From contig NZ_JMCB01000013.1 of assembly GCF_000737315.1 (NCBI RefSeq), positions 82,001-144,000 on the forward strand: DNA of 62,000 nucleotides, given 5' to 3'. Shown here piece after piece: positions 46,343 through 55,982 of this stretch. Source of the DNA: Hyalangium minutum. Its GTDB lineage: Bacteria > Myxococcota > Myxococcia > Myxococcales > Myxococcaceae. A program made the position numbers and the translations under genes. How positions within the stretch are numbered: position 1 is the stretch's first letter; the number at the start of each line of letters is the position of its first letter. Below the pieces are notes generated by a model, which was given only the letters and a program-made list of their open reading frames with translations, did no database searches and was not told the DNA's origin.

Positions 46343-49087
46343 GTGTCACTTTGGAACTCGAACCGGCGGGCTGTCTCGCTCGCCGTCACAGTGTTGGCCT
46401 TGGGAGTGCTCGCGGCCTGTGGTGGCAGCGGAAACCCCGTCACCCCGGACCCGAACGCCAGTGCCGAGATCAAGGCCATGCTCCCGCAGGAGCTGGCGGT
46501 CTCGGATGTGGCCCGCGTCCACGTGGAAGCCCGTGGGCCTGGCATCCCCACGCCCGTTGGAATGGATCTGTCCCTGCAGGGCAGCACCTGGCAGGGCACC
46601 CTTCTCGCAATCCCCGCGGGGTTGGACCGCATCTTCGAGGCCAAGGCCTACGACGCGGCCGGGCTGTTGCTCTACGCCGGGCAAGCGGGGCCGATCACGA
46701 TCGCCTCGGGCAGCACGGTGAGCGTGGCCATCCTGCTCCAGCAGGTCAACCCGCCGCCTCCGTACCAGAACGTGCCGCCGACGATCGACTCGGTGGTGGT
46801 CTCCGCCAACCAGGTGTCGCCCGGTGGCACCATCACGCTGACGGCCACCGCGCATGACGAGAACGCGGGGGACACGATCACCTTCGCGTGGACGGCGACT
46901 GCGGGCTCCTTCAGCAATCCGTCTGCTTCCGCGACGAGCTGGGTGGCTCCGGCGGCCGAGGGCCCGCAGGTGCTGACCCTGGAGGTGACGGACTCGAAGG
47001 GGACGAGCGCCCGGCTGAGCGTCAACGTCAGCGTCCAGCGCCCCGGCGCGAGCGGCGATGCCAATGTGACGGTGGGCTTCAACACCTGGCCGAGGGTGAA
47101 CCAGATGCGGGCGACGCCGTCCATCCTCACGCTCAACGTCCCCGTGCAGCTCTCCGTCGTCGCCTCCGAGCCGGACGGCGACGCCCTGAGCTACACGTGG
47201 AGCGCGAACTGCCCGGGTCGCTTCGAGGACAGCCTCGTGGCCACGCCCCGGTTCACCTTGTTGTCGCAGCCTCCCCCCGGTCCTGTTTTTTGCACGCTCA
47301 CCGTCACCGTCTCGGATGGCCGGGGAGGCCAGACCACGGGCTCCTTATCGCTGCTGGCTGGGACCCCGTCGCAGGCCAACGTGGCGCCTCAGATCGACAG
47401 CACCTTCAAGAGCTCCGAGCAGGCGGGCGGTGGCGAGGTGGTGACGATGGGCCTCACCGCGCATGATCCCGAGTCCACGCCGCTGACCTTCTCCTGGACC
47501 GCGAGCCAGGGCTCCATCCTGGCCACCCGGGGTACCAGCACCGCGAGCGAGGTGGATTGGAGGGCGCCCGCGTGCCTCAATGGGCCGATCACCGTGACGG
47601 CGGCCATCGCGGATGCCTGGGGCGCCGTGACGCACCAGCAGTTCTCCATCGCCCCGCGCGCGGGCTCTTCGTGCGGCGCCCTGACGGTGTCAGGTATGCG
47701 CAACTCCTACCGCGTCCGGCCAGATGGCAGCACCCTCACGGTTCCGGTGAATCTGTCGGGTGTGACGCTGGGCGCGTGGGTGCCGAGCACGGATGGCGCG
47801 AGCTACACCTGGCGGCCGGGGAGCGGTGACGCCAGCGGCACGTTCATCATCCCCAACGTCGATCGCACGCCCTACCTGCTCCGGTTCGGGGGCTCGTACC
47901 TGTGGGCCCACAGCCGGATGCTCGATCTGAGCCGGGCCGACTTGGGCCGCCATGACACGGTGATCGAGCCGGAGACGACCCAGCTCCAGATGCAGGTTTC
48001 CGGGCTGAATCCCTGGCAGGGCGGCGATGACTTCCAGCTCAGCTCGGCGAGCACGGGCCTTGGCTACTTCTCGGCGACGAGCTGCTCCACTCCGTTCTTC
48101 CCGGAGGACCTCGACGGCGAGACCTCCTTCAACTTCACCATTGACTACCTGTACTCGATGCAGAACTGCGGGACTCCTGCGGCCCGGATCGACGCGTCTC
48201 GCGGGGACGTGCTGTATGCCACCCAGCTGGTGAGCCGCACGGATGCGGCCACGGGGATGACCTTCCAGGAGGTTCAGCGGAGCTTCCAGACGAACTCGCT
48301 GACGGGCCCGAATCCGAGCACGCTGCTGCTCAGCGGCACGCTGGCGCCGCTGCCGCTCGTGAGCCGGGTGGTGGACTACCGCGCCGCCTCGTTCGAGGCC
48401 CTGGCTCTGGCGGGGCACCCCTCCGCGACTGCGGGGACCACCACTCTGAACCTTGGGATCTTGCCGGGCTACGACCAGTTTGGCTCCTACGCGGGCTGGC
48501 CGGACCTGGTGCTGGCGACTTTCGGCGCGGGCCTGGGAGACGTTGCCCCCACGTTCACGTATGGCAATCCCTATCCTGCCAACTGGTCCCAGTTCATCAC
48601 GGCCCAGACCACCTCGCGGGTCCGTTACTCGGTGCCGCTGGAGGGCGGAGGCTCGTCCACGCCGCGCATCTACTCGGCGTATACGTACGCCCAGCAGCCC
48701 GTGGGGAACGGTCCGATCATCCCGCTGGTGGGGCCGCCTCGGGATCTGCGGCTCAATGGCGCGCTGGCTTGGGACGTCCTCACGGGTGTGGGCGAGACGC
48801 CGCTGATGAGCTGGACGGCTCCGAGCCTGGGAACTCCGACCTCGTACTCGGTGCGCGTGTATGAGCTCTACGCCACGAGCACGGGGAGTACCTCTCGGGT
48901 GACGGTGACGAACCTCGCGACGGACCAGACCCAGCTCCGGATGCCGCCCGGCGTGCTGGTGCCAGGCAAGCACTACCACCTCCAGGTGTCGGCGCTCTTC
49001 GAGCAGGGGACGGATCCGGGCAGGCCGTACATGCTCCGCCCGGTGTACCACACGGCGATGGCGGTGACGGGCCGCTTCCAGCCCTGA
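46343..49087 (+). CDS. Large lipoprotein with three Ig/PKD-like repeats and a FN3-like C-terminal region
   Basis: GGAG then GTG 46343; LAAC lipobox (Cys at 46418); repeats of PxI...TAHD...LTFxWTA. Confidence 0.85.
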   Translation: MSLWNSNRRAVSLAVTVLALGVLAACGGSGNPVTPDPNASAEIKAMLPQELAVSDVARVHVEARGPGIPTPVGMDLSLQGSTWQGTLLAIPAGLDRIFEAKAYDAAGLLLYAGQAGPITIASGSTVSVAILLQQVNPPPPYQNVPPTIDSVVVSANQVSPGGTITLTATAHDENAGDTITFAWTATAGSFSNPSASATSWVAPAAEGPQVLTLEVTDSKGTSARLSVNVSVQRPGASGDANVTVGFNTWPRVNQMRATPSILTLNVPVQLSVVASEPDGDALSYTWSANCPGRFEDSLVATPRFTLLSQPPPGPVFCTLTVTVSDGRGGQTTGSLSLLAGTPSQANVAPQIDSTFKSSEQAGGGEVVTMGLTAHDPESTPLTFSWTASQGSILATRGTSTASEVDWRAPACLNGPITVTAAIADAWGAVTHQQFSIAPRAGSSCGALTVSGMRNSYRVRPDGSTLTVPVNLSGVTLGAWVPSTDGASYTWRPGSGDASGTFIIPNVDRTPYLLRFGGSYLWAHSRMLDLSRADLGRHDTVIEPETTQLQMQVSGLNPWQGGDDFQLSSASTGLGYFSATSCSTPFFPEDLDGETSFNFTIDYLYSMQNCGTPAARIDASRGDVLYATQLVSRTDAATGMTFQEVQRSFQTNSLTGPNPSTLLLSGTLAPLPLVSRVVDYRAASFEALALAGHPSATAGTTTLNLGILPGYDQFGSYAGWPDLVLATFGAGLGDVAPTFTYGNPYPANWSQFITAQTTSRVRYSVPLEGGGSSTPRIYSAYTYAQQPVGNGPIIPLVGPPRDLRLNGALAWDVLTGVGETPLMSWTAPSLGTPTSYSVRVYELYATSTGSTSRVTVTNLATDQTQLRMPPGVLVPGKHYHLQVSALFEQGTDPGRPYMLRPVYHTAMAVTGRFQP

Positions 49088-49113
49088 GCCGAGCCGTGCG
49101 GTGAATGCGTGAG

Positions 49114-49149
49114 AAGCCCCGGTGGCAGCAGTGCCGCCGGGGCTTTTTT
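49114..49149 (+). terminator. Intrinsic terminator
   Basis: GCCCCGGTGGCA/TGCCGCCGGGGC stem followed by T6. Confidence 0.85.
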
Positions 49150-49198
49150 CCTTCCTGGCTCCAGGGATTCCCTATGCTGCCGCCCGGGAGGTGCCGCC

Positions 49199-49606
49199 TT
49201 GCCGTTCTCCATCCGCCTGCCGGTGACCGCGCAGGATCTCGATGAGCTCCAGCACGTGAGCAACGTGGTCTACGTCCGGTGGATCCAGGACGTGGCCGTG
49301 GCTCACTCCGAGGCGGTGGGGTTGAGCTTGGAGGTCTACCGGCAGCTGGGCGCCGTCTTCGTGGTGCGCCGGCATGAGGTGGACTACCTGCGCCCGGCGC
49401 TCGCGGGAGACGAGGTGGAGGTGGAGACGCGCGTGGTGGCGAAGAGCCCCGTGACGGCGACGCGGCAGACCTTCATCCGGCGGGTGGCGGACGGGCAGGT
49501 GCTGGTCCAGGCCCAGACACAGTGGGCCTACGTGTCCACGTCCACCGGGAGGCCCGTGCGCATTCCGCCCGAAGTGACTCAGCGCTTCACGATCGAGCCC
49601 GTGTGA
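49199..49606 (+). CDS. Acyl-CoA thioesterase (YbgC/FadM hotdog fold)
   Basis: GGAGG then TTG; DLDELQHVSNVVY, EVDYLRPA. Confidence 0.88.
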   Translation: MPFSIRLPVTAQDLDELQHVSNVVYVRWIQDVAVAHSEAVGLSLEVYRQLGAVFVVRRHEVDYLRPALAGDEVEVETRVVAKSPVTATRQTFIRRVADGQVLVQAQTQWAYVSTSTGRPVRIPPEVTQRFTIEPV

Positions 49607-49609
49607 GGG

Positions 49610-51043
49610 CTATGAGGCGCTCGACGAGGCGCTGGGTGTCGTGGGCGTGGGACGGTTGATGCCAAGTGCGGCCAGAGTGGCAACGAGCCCCGTGGCCGCC
49701 GAGAACCACCACACGTTCCTGAAGGTGTGGTCCGGATCCAGGGGCGCCGCGCCGCTGCCGAGGATGACCACGAAAGCGCTCGTTCCGATGACGAAGCCCA
49801 TCTGTCGCGCCATGTTGACGACGGCGCTTCCCGTCGAGGTCTGATCCCGGGGCAACTCGACGGTGGCCGACGCGAAGATCGTCGGGAGCGCCAGTCCCAT
49901 GCCGACGCCGATGACGAGCCATCCTGGGAGCACGGAGACGGCGAAGGTCGAGGAGGCGTTGGCGCTGGAGAGCAGCAGGAGCGGACCTGCGGCCAGCATC
50001 AGGGTTCCGAGCGCGGCGATGCTCCCAGGGCGGAAGCGCTTGCTCAGCCTCGAGCTGACGGCGGCGAAGATCGGCACCATGCAGGGGCCGGGGGCAATCG
50101 CCAGTCCCGTCTCCAGGGCGGACCAGTGCCAGCGCTGCTCCAGGAACAGGATGACCGAGAGGAGCTCGGCGCCGAAGGCGACGGACAAGAGGAACGCGGA
50201 GACGTTCGACCAGGCGAAGACGCGGTGCCGGAGCAGCGAGAGGTCGAGCACTGGAGAGGGGTGGCGCGCCGATCGGACGAGGAACGCCACGGAGCCCACT
50301 GCCACCACGGCGCAGGAGAGCAGGGTAGGGATCGAGGTCCAGCCCCAGTCGGGGGCCTTGACGAGCCCGAGCGCCAGCGCGCCGGTCGCCACGATCAGGA
50401 TGGCGCCGCCGAGGAGATCGGGGAGCCGCGACGAGGACTCCGGCCGAGGATTCGGAAGGAACCGGAACGCGGCGATGGCCGCAGCCACGCCGATGGGAAG
50501 GTTGATGACGAAGATCCATCGCCAGGAGGAATCGATGAGGAGTCCGCCGATGGCGGGTCCTGCCGCGCCCGCAAGGGACGAGCTCGAGGCCCAAATGCGG
50601 ATGGAGCGGGCCCGCTGCTCGGGGGGCATGGCCGTCAACACGAGCCCCATGCTCGCGGGAGTCAACACGGCGGCCCCGGCGGCCTGAAGGCACCGGAACA
50701 CGACGAGCCACGTCAGATTGTTGCTGAGCGCGCAGCCAAGGCTGGCGAGGGTGAACAGCCCGAGCCCCACGAGGAAGCCTGCTTTGCGGCCGTAGCGGTC
50801 GACGAGCCGGCCTGCGGGCACGAGCAGTGCGCCATAGAAGATGGTGTAGCCATTGAGGACCCAGCTCAGGTCCGACAGCGACGCCTGGCCGACGTCGCGG
50901 CCGATGTCATCGAGCGCGATGTTGACGATGAACATGTCCAGCGCGGCCATGAACACCGACGAGCAGAGGATCAGCAGGACGAGGGCTGGGCGGGCGCTGG
51001 GGCGGGCCAGCGCGTACGGCGAGGAGGAGGAGAGGGCTTCCAT
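49610..51043 (-). CDS. MFS drug efflux pump, DHA2 (14-TMS)
   Basis: LDMFIVNIAL, WVLNGY, GRLVDRYGRK, WRWIFVINLPIG. Start is 51043 or slightly upstream. Confidence 0.9.
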   Translation of the reverse strand: MEALSSSSPYALARPSARPALVLLILCSSVFMAALDMFIVNIALDDIGRDVGQASLSDLSWVLNGYTIFYGALLVPAGRLVDRYGRKAGFLVGLGLFTLASLGCALSNNLTWLVVFRCLQAAGAAVLTPASMGLVLTAMPPEQRARSIRIWASSSSLAGAAGPAIGGLLIDSSWRWIFVINLPIGVAAAIAAFRFLPNPRPESSSRLPDLLGGAILIVATGALALGLVKAPDWGWTSIPTLLSCAVVAVGSVAFLVRSARHPSPVLDLSLLRHRVFAWSNVSAFLLSVAFGAELLSVILFLEQRWHWSALETGLAIAPGPCMVPIFAAVSSRLSKRFRPGSIAALGTLMLAAGPLLLLSSANASSTFAVSVLPGWLVIGVGMGLALPTIFASATVELPRDQTSTGSAVVNMARQMGFVIGTSAFVVILGSGAAPLDPDHTFRNVWWFSAATGLVATLAALGINRPTPTTPSASSSAS

Positions 51044-51092
51044 GCGCGTGTGAGCCTCCATGAAGGACGCGCCCGGCAAAAAAGCGCGTTAA

Positions 51093-51134
51093 ATGACGGT
51101 CATCATGAATGTGTCTATTCATGTCGGTTATCAT
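51093..51134. promoter_or_regulatory. Tandem TetR operator candidates
   Basis: ATGACGGTCATCAT (51093-51106) and ATGTCGGTTATCAT (51121-51134), each ATGA-N6-TCAT-like, between the divergent MFS and TetR genes. Confidence 0.65.
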
Positions 51135-51169
51135 GTAAGCTGTCAAGCGTTCCTGGGGTGGAGGACGAG

Positions 51170-51775
51170 ATGAAGGTGTCGAGAGAGCAGGCGGAGGCGA
51201 ACCGCGCCCGCATCATCGAAGTGGCCGGAGAACTCTTCCGCGAGAAGGGGTTCGACGGCATCGGGGTGGCCGATCTGATGAAGGCGGCCGGCCTGACGCA
51301 CGGAGGCTTCTACGGTCACTTCAAGTCAAAGGATGACCTCGCCGCGCAGGCCTGCGAGCAAGCGATGGCCGGGACCCTCAAGAAATGGAACAAGTACGTC
51401 GCCGAGTCTTCGGATGAGCCGCTGGCCTTGTTGGTCTCCCAGTACCTGTCGACGCGGCACCGCGACAACCCGAGCAAGGGCTGCCTCTTCGCGAGCCTTG
51501 GGGGGGAGACGGTTCGTCAAAGCTCCACGGTGCGCCGCACGGTCACGGCCGGGCTTCGCTCCATGATCGATCTGCTGACCGGCCTCGTTCCAGGACGGTC
51601 CAAGGCAGCGCGGCGCGAGAAGGCCATCGCCACCATGTCTGGGATGGTGGGAGCGCTGGTTCTCGCCCGCGCGGTGGACGACAACGCCTTGTCCGAGGAA
51701 ATCCTGCGAGCAGCTGTCGCCACATTCGGTCAGAAGCAGACAGCGCGCGCGGAGGAAGAGGCAGGTGCCAGCTGA
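51170..51775 (+). CDS. TetR/AcrR family regulator
   Basis: GGAG then ATG; AGLTHGGFYGHFKSKDDL HTH. Confidence 0.92.
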   Translation: MKVSREQAEANRARIIEVAGELFREKGFDGIGVADLMKAAGLTHGGFYGHFKSKDDLAAQACEQAMAGTLKKWNKYVAESSDEPLALLVSQYLSTRHRDNPSKGCLFASLGGETVRQSSTVRRTVTAGLRSMIDLLTGLVPGRSKAARREKAIATMSGMVGALVLARAVDDNALSEEILRAAVATFGQKQTARAEEEAGAS

Positions 51776-51887
51776 TGAAGTGAGGGGCGACTGCCGTGAG
51801 AGTCGCGGTCACCCAGGCGTTCGGTTATGGGGCACGAGTCAACGCCCTCATGCCTGAAGGCGAGGGCCCTCGCTGGGAGTGGTCATC

Positions 51888-52658
51888 ATGGACAAGGTCA
51901 TCGTCATCACGGGAGCGAGCTCGGGCATTGGTGCGGAGTTGGCGCGTCAGGCGGGAGAGAAGGGGGCGAAGCTGGTGCTGGCGGCGCGCCGTCAGCCGGA
52001 GCTGGAGGCGGTTGCGGCCCGCTCGGGGAAGGAGGCGATCGCCGTCGTCACCGATGCCACCCAGCGTGCGGACATGGAACGGCTGCGGGACGCCGCGCTG
52101 CAGCGCTTCGGCCGCATCGACGTCTGGGTGAACAACGCTGGGCGAGGCATCACCCGTCCGGTGTCGGAGCTCACGGACGAGGACCTCGACGTCATGATGC
52201 GGGACAACGTGAAGAGCGCGCTCTACGGCATGCAGGTGGTGCTGCCGCACTTCAAGGCGCGCAACGCGGGGCAGATCCTGAACGTGTCGAGCGGGTTGGC
52301 GCGGCTACCGCTGGCGCCCTTCCGCTCGGCGTACAGCGCGGCCAAGCACGCGCTCAACGGGCTCACCGCGTGTCTGCGCTTGGAGCTGAAGCAGTCGCAC
52401 CCGGGCATCATGGTGAGCGTGGTGATGCCGGGAGTGGTGGCCACGGAGTTCGGCAGCAACGCGCTGGGAGGCGGCCCTGACTCCCGCACGCTGCCCGGGG
52501 CGCAGAGCGTCGAGGACGCCACGAAGGTCATCCTCGACGTCATCGAGAACCCGCAGCCCGAAGCCTACACGCAGCCTCAGATGAAGGCGGACGTCGAGCG
52601 CTACTACCACGATGTCGCGGCCTTCGAGGCGGAGCTCAGCGCTCGCTTCCGGCGCTGA
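51888..52658 (+). CDS. SDR family oxidoreductase
   Basis: TGASSGIG, NNAG, YSAAK. Confidence 0.93.
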   Translation: MDKVIVITGASSGIGAELARQAGEKGAKLVLAARRQPELEAVAARSGKEAIAVVTDATQRADMERLRDAALQRFGRIDVWVNNAGRGITRPVSELTDEDLDVMMRDNVKSALYGMQVVLPHFKARNAGQILNVSSGLARLPLAPFRSAYSAAKHALNGLTACLRLELKQSHPGIMVSVVMPGVVATEFGSNALGGGPDSRTLPGAQSVEDATKVILDVIENPQPEAYTQPQMKADVERYYHDVAAFEAELSARFRR

Positions 52659-52774
52659 GGCGAAGGCACCAGCGGCCCTACGTGCAAGGTGAGAATCGCG
52701 AGGAGGACCCTTGAGGTCCACTCACCCCGCGTGGCTTTTCCCCTGTCAGACCTTCGGGATAGACCGGAGGCTGC

Positions 52775-52984
52775 ATGGGCCACAAGAAGCCACGCCCCCC
52801 GATGGATGTCCCCACGATGTCCGAGGCCGCGCAGTCGCTCTTCGAGGAGCGCGCGGCCATCCGGGAGTTCCTGGGCGGCATGCCGCGCGTGGAGGCCGAG
52901 GCCGCCGCTCGCGAAGACGTGCAGCGGATCCTGGCTGCGGACCGTGCTGCCGCCACCGCCTGGCGCGAGCGCATCAAGTCCTGA
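52775..52984 (+). CDS. Small hypothetical protein (69 aa)
   Basis: GGAGG RBS; FEERAAIREFLGGMPRVEAEAAA helical motif. Confidence 0.7.
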   Translation: MGHKKPRPPMDVPTMSEAAQSLFEERAAIREFLGGMPRVEAEAAAREDVQRILAADRAAATAWRERIKS

Positions 52985-53065
52985 ACTGGCGCCATGAATG
53001 ACGAAAGCCATCCCCGCGCCAAGCGAGGATGGCCTCCTGTGCGGCTGTGCGGGCGGCGCGTCTCT

Positions 53066-53743
53066 TTAGAAGACGACGGGGAAGTTGAGGCGCTTGGCGT
53101 GCGGGGCCTTCTCGCCGTCGAGCTTCTCCTTGCCGATCTCGTACGAGGCCGCATCCTGGCGGATGTTCACCATCTGCTCCTCGATGAAGTCCACTTCACC
53201 ATCGGCCTTGGCGTCGGCGACGGTCTGGGCGATGTCGGCCTGGTCCGTGAGCAGCGTGTTGGCCTCGGCGCCGGTGAGGGAGCCGTTCCGCACGCCCTGG
53301 GCAATCTGGCCAATCTGCGAGGCCTGCGCCTTGGCCGTGGGGTCACCGGCCGTGCCGCGCGCTCGGTTATGGGTGGCCGCGAACGCGTCGAGCCCCGCCT
53401 GGGTCTGCAGGCGGCGGATGTTGGCGGCCTCCTTCGCGGTGATCACGCCGTCGGCGCCAGCGCGGGCGGTGGTCCCGGCGATCTTCGCCTGCTGGCTCAG
53501 GAGCTTCGAGGCCTCCTTCTCGGTCAGGGCGCCGCTCTTGAGCCCCTTCTGGATGGTGTCGAGCTGGCTGCCCTGGGTGTTGGCCAGCTGCTGCGAGCGC
53601 ACCGGCGTGAGGAACTTGTCCAGCGTGCCCGGCTTCGGCGGAGGAAGCGGCAGCGGCACAGGACGGGGCAGGGTGGGCGACGGCAGCGTCGGCTGGCTGG
53701 GGGTGAGGATGGGACCCGCGACGGAGGAGTTGATCTTGGTCAT
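53066..53743 (-). CDS. Hypothetical protein with Pro-rich N-terminus and internal helical repeat
   Basis: QLDTIQKGLKSGALTEKEA and QIGQIAQGVRNGSLTGAEA repeats; start MTKINSS at 53743. Confidence 0.7.
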   Translation of the reverse strand: MTKINSSVAGPILTPSQPTLPSPTLPRPVPLPLPPPKPGTLDKFLTPVRSQQLANTQGSQLDTIQKGLKSGALTEKEASKLLSQQAKIAGTTARAGADGVITAKEAANIRRLQTQAGLDAFAATHNRARGTAGDPTAKAQASQIGQIAQGVRNGSLTGAEANTLLTDQADIAQTVADAKADGEVDFIEEQMVNIRQDAASYEIGKEKLDGEKAPHAKRLNFPVVF

Positions 53744-53937
53744 GGGAGCGATTTCCGGAAGTGAAGTGACATCGGGATTTTCGGGATTACTCCCAAGGAG
53801 TTGCGTCAGACGGGTCAAAATCTGCCCGGCCCGTGCTGAAGCCACCCCACGTTCTTCTGCCCTGGCTACGGACACCCAGCCGTCCGAGCGGCTTTCCCGG
53901 CATAGCGGCCCCGAGCCGCGTATATCCTCGGAGCCTC

Positions 53938-54684
53938 ATGGCCTACGACGACTTCAAGAGCCGCATCCGTGAGGGCTGGCAGCACACGCTCCACGGAATT
54001 CTGGCGCGTGCCCGCTCGCTCGGCGCGAAGGCTGTGCTGGCGTTCGACCTGGACTCCACGCTCTTCGACAACCGCCCCCGGCAGGCGCGCATCCTCCGGG
54101 AGTTCGGCTCGGCCCGAGGCCTGACCACCTTGGAGGCCTGCGGCGTCGCTCACTGGACCAGCGGGTGGGACATGAAGGTGGCCATGCGCAACTGCGGCTT
54201 GGCCGCCGAGCAAGTCGAGGCCCTCTACGCCGAGGCCCGTGCCTTCTGGGCGCAGCGCTTCTTCACCAGTGAGTACTGCCTGGATGACGTTGCCATCGAT
54301 GGCGCGGCGGCCTTCACGTACGCCGTGGTGGGCACGGGCGCCCAGCTCATCTACGTCACGGGGCGCCACGAGGGGATGCGCGAGGGCACGGTAGGGGCCA
54401 TGCGCCGCTGCGGCCTGGCGCTCCCGGGCGAGGGGGCCACTCACCTCATCATGAAGCCCGCCCTTCGCGACAACGACGACGCCTTCAAGCGCGACGCCCA
54501 CGCGCGGCTGGGCACGCTCGGCCAGGTGATTGCTGCCTTTGACAACGAGCCCACCCACGTCAATGACTACCTGCAGCGTTTCCCCGAGGCGACGGTCATT
54601 CACCTGGCAACGGACCACTCCGGCCGCCCGGTGCAGCTTTTGGAGGCCGTCGTCTCCATTCCTCACTTCACGGGTGGAACATGA
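53938..54684 (+). CDS. HAD family hydrolase/phosphatase
   Basis: FDLDSTL, VTGR, KP, FDNEP. Confidence 0.85.
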   Translation: MAYDDFKSRIREGWQHTLHGILARARSLGAKAVLAFDLDSTLFDNRPRQARILREFGSARGLTTLEACGVAHWTSGWDMKVAMRNCGLAAEQVEALYAEARAFWAQRFFTSEYCLDDVAIDGAAAFTYAVVGTGAQLIYVTGRHEGMREGTVGAMRRCGLALPGEGATHLIMKPALRDNDDAFKRDAHARLGTLGQVIAAFDNEPTHVNDYLQRFPEATVIHLATDHSGRPVQLLEAVVSIPHFTGGT

Positions 54685-54803
54685 CGCGGTGCGCCTAAGC
54701 CATACTTTGACTTTGAAGTCCCACTGCCGCGCGCTATGAGGCGCACGGCGTTTCAAGCCCCGCTGGTACCTGGCGGGGGACCCTTTCAGGGAGGCAGCTC
54801 GCG

Positions 54804-55925
54804 GTGGCCAGCAAGTACTCGAAAGACCTGCTGTTGACGATGCACCGGAAGATGTACCTCATCCGCCGCTTCGAGGAGCGCACGGACCAGGCCTACAAGC
54901 AGCAGAAGATCGCCGGGTTCTGCCACCTCTACATCGGCCAGGAGGCCGTCGCGGTAGGCACCAATGAGGCGCTTCGTCCGGACGACTACATGCTCTCGGG
55001 CTACCGTGACCACGGTCAGCCGCTGGCCCGTGGCTCGGATGCGGGCATGGTGATGGCGGAGCTGTTCGGCCGCGGCACCGGCTACAGCAAGGGCAAGGGC
55101 GGCTCGATGCACATCTTCGACATCGAGCACCATTTCTACGGGGGCTACGGCATCGTCGGCGGGCAGATTCCGCTGGCCGCCGGCATGGCGTTCGCCAGCC
55201 GCTACCGCAACGAGGATCGCGTCACGGTGTGCTTCTTCGGCGACGCGGCGGCCAACCAGGGCGCCTTCCACGAGACGTTCAACATGGCGGTCAAGTGGAA
55301 GCTGCCGGTCATCTACATCTGCGAGAACAACCGCTACGGCATGGGCACGGCGATTGGCCGCGTGTCGGCGGAGCCGGAGATCTACAAGCGCGCGTCGGCC
55401 TACAAGATGCGCGGCGAGGCCGTGGACGGCATGGACTGCCTGAAGATGTACGAGGCGGTGAAGGACGCCGTCGAGTACTGCCGCGCGGGCAAGGGTCCCG
55501 TGCTGATGGAGGCGAACACGTACCGCTTCCGCGGCCACTCCGTGGTGGACCCCGCCGTTTACCGCTCCAAGGACGAGGTGGAGCACGAGCGCAAGAACGA
55601 TCCGATTCCGAAGCTCAAGGAGTACGCGATCAAGAACAAGCTCGCCACGGAGGCGGAGTTCGACGCCATCGACGAGGAGATCAAGGCCCAGGTGGACGCG
55701 GCGGTGAAGTTCGCCGACGAGTCGCCCGAGCCCAGCCTCGAGGAGCTGTGGCGCGACACCATCGTGGAGCCGGGCGAGGAGGACGTGCGCCCGCGCGAGC
55801 GCGTGCTCGGGACGAAGGTGAAGTGGCCTTCGTACCCCTCGGGGCAGGAGCTGAAGGTGACGTGGGATCTGGAGCCTCGCCAGCAGGCCGAGCGCGAGGA
55901 CAAGAAGGCCGGGCTGGCGCGCTAG
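54804..55925 (+). CDS. pdhA: Pyruvate dehydrogenase E1 alpha
   Basis: GFCHLYIGQEA, YRDHG, GDAAANQG...NN, YRFRGHS. Confidence 0.96.
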   Translation: MASKYSKDLLLTMHRKMYLIRRFEERTDQAYKQQKIAGFCHLYIGQEAVAVGTNEALRPDDYMLSGYRDHGQPLARGSDAGMVMAELFGRGTGYSKGKGGSMHIFDIEHHFYGGYGIVGGQIPLAAGMAFASRYRNEDRVTVCFFGDAAANQGAFHETFNMAVKWKLPVIYICENNRYGMGTAIGRVSAEPEIYKRASAYKMRGEAVDGMDCLKMYEAVKDAVEYCRAGKGPVLMEANTYRFRGHSVVDPAVYRSKDEVEHERKNDPIPKLKEYAIKNKLATEAEFDAIDEEIKAQVDAAVKFADESPEPSLEELWRDTIVEPGEEDVRPRERVLGTKVKWPSYPSGQELKVTWDLEPRQQAEREDKKAGLAR

Positions 55926-55982
55926 CTGCGCGCCGTGCCTCAACCTCTTATTCACACACGAGCTGACGAGTCGGAGCCAACG

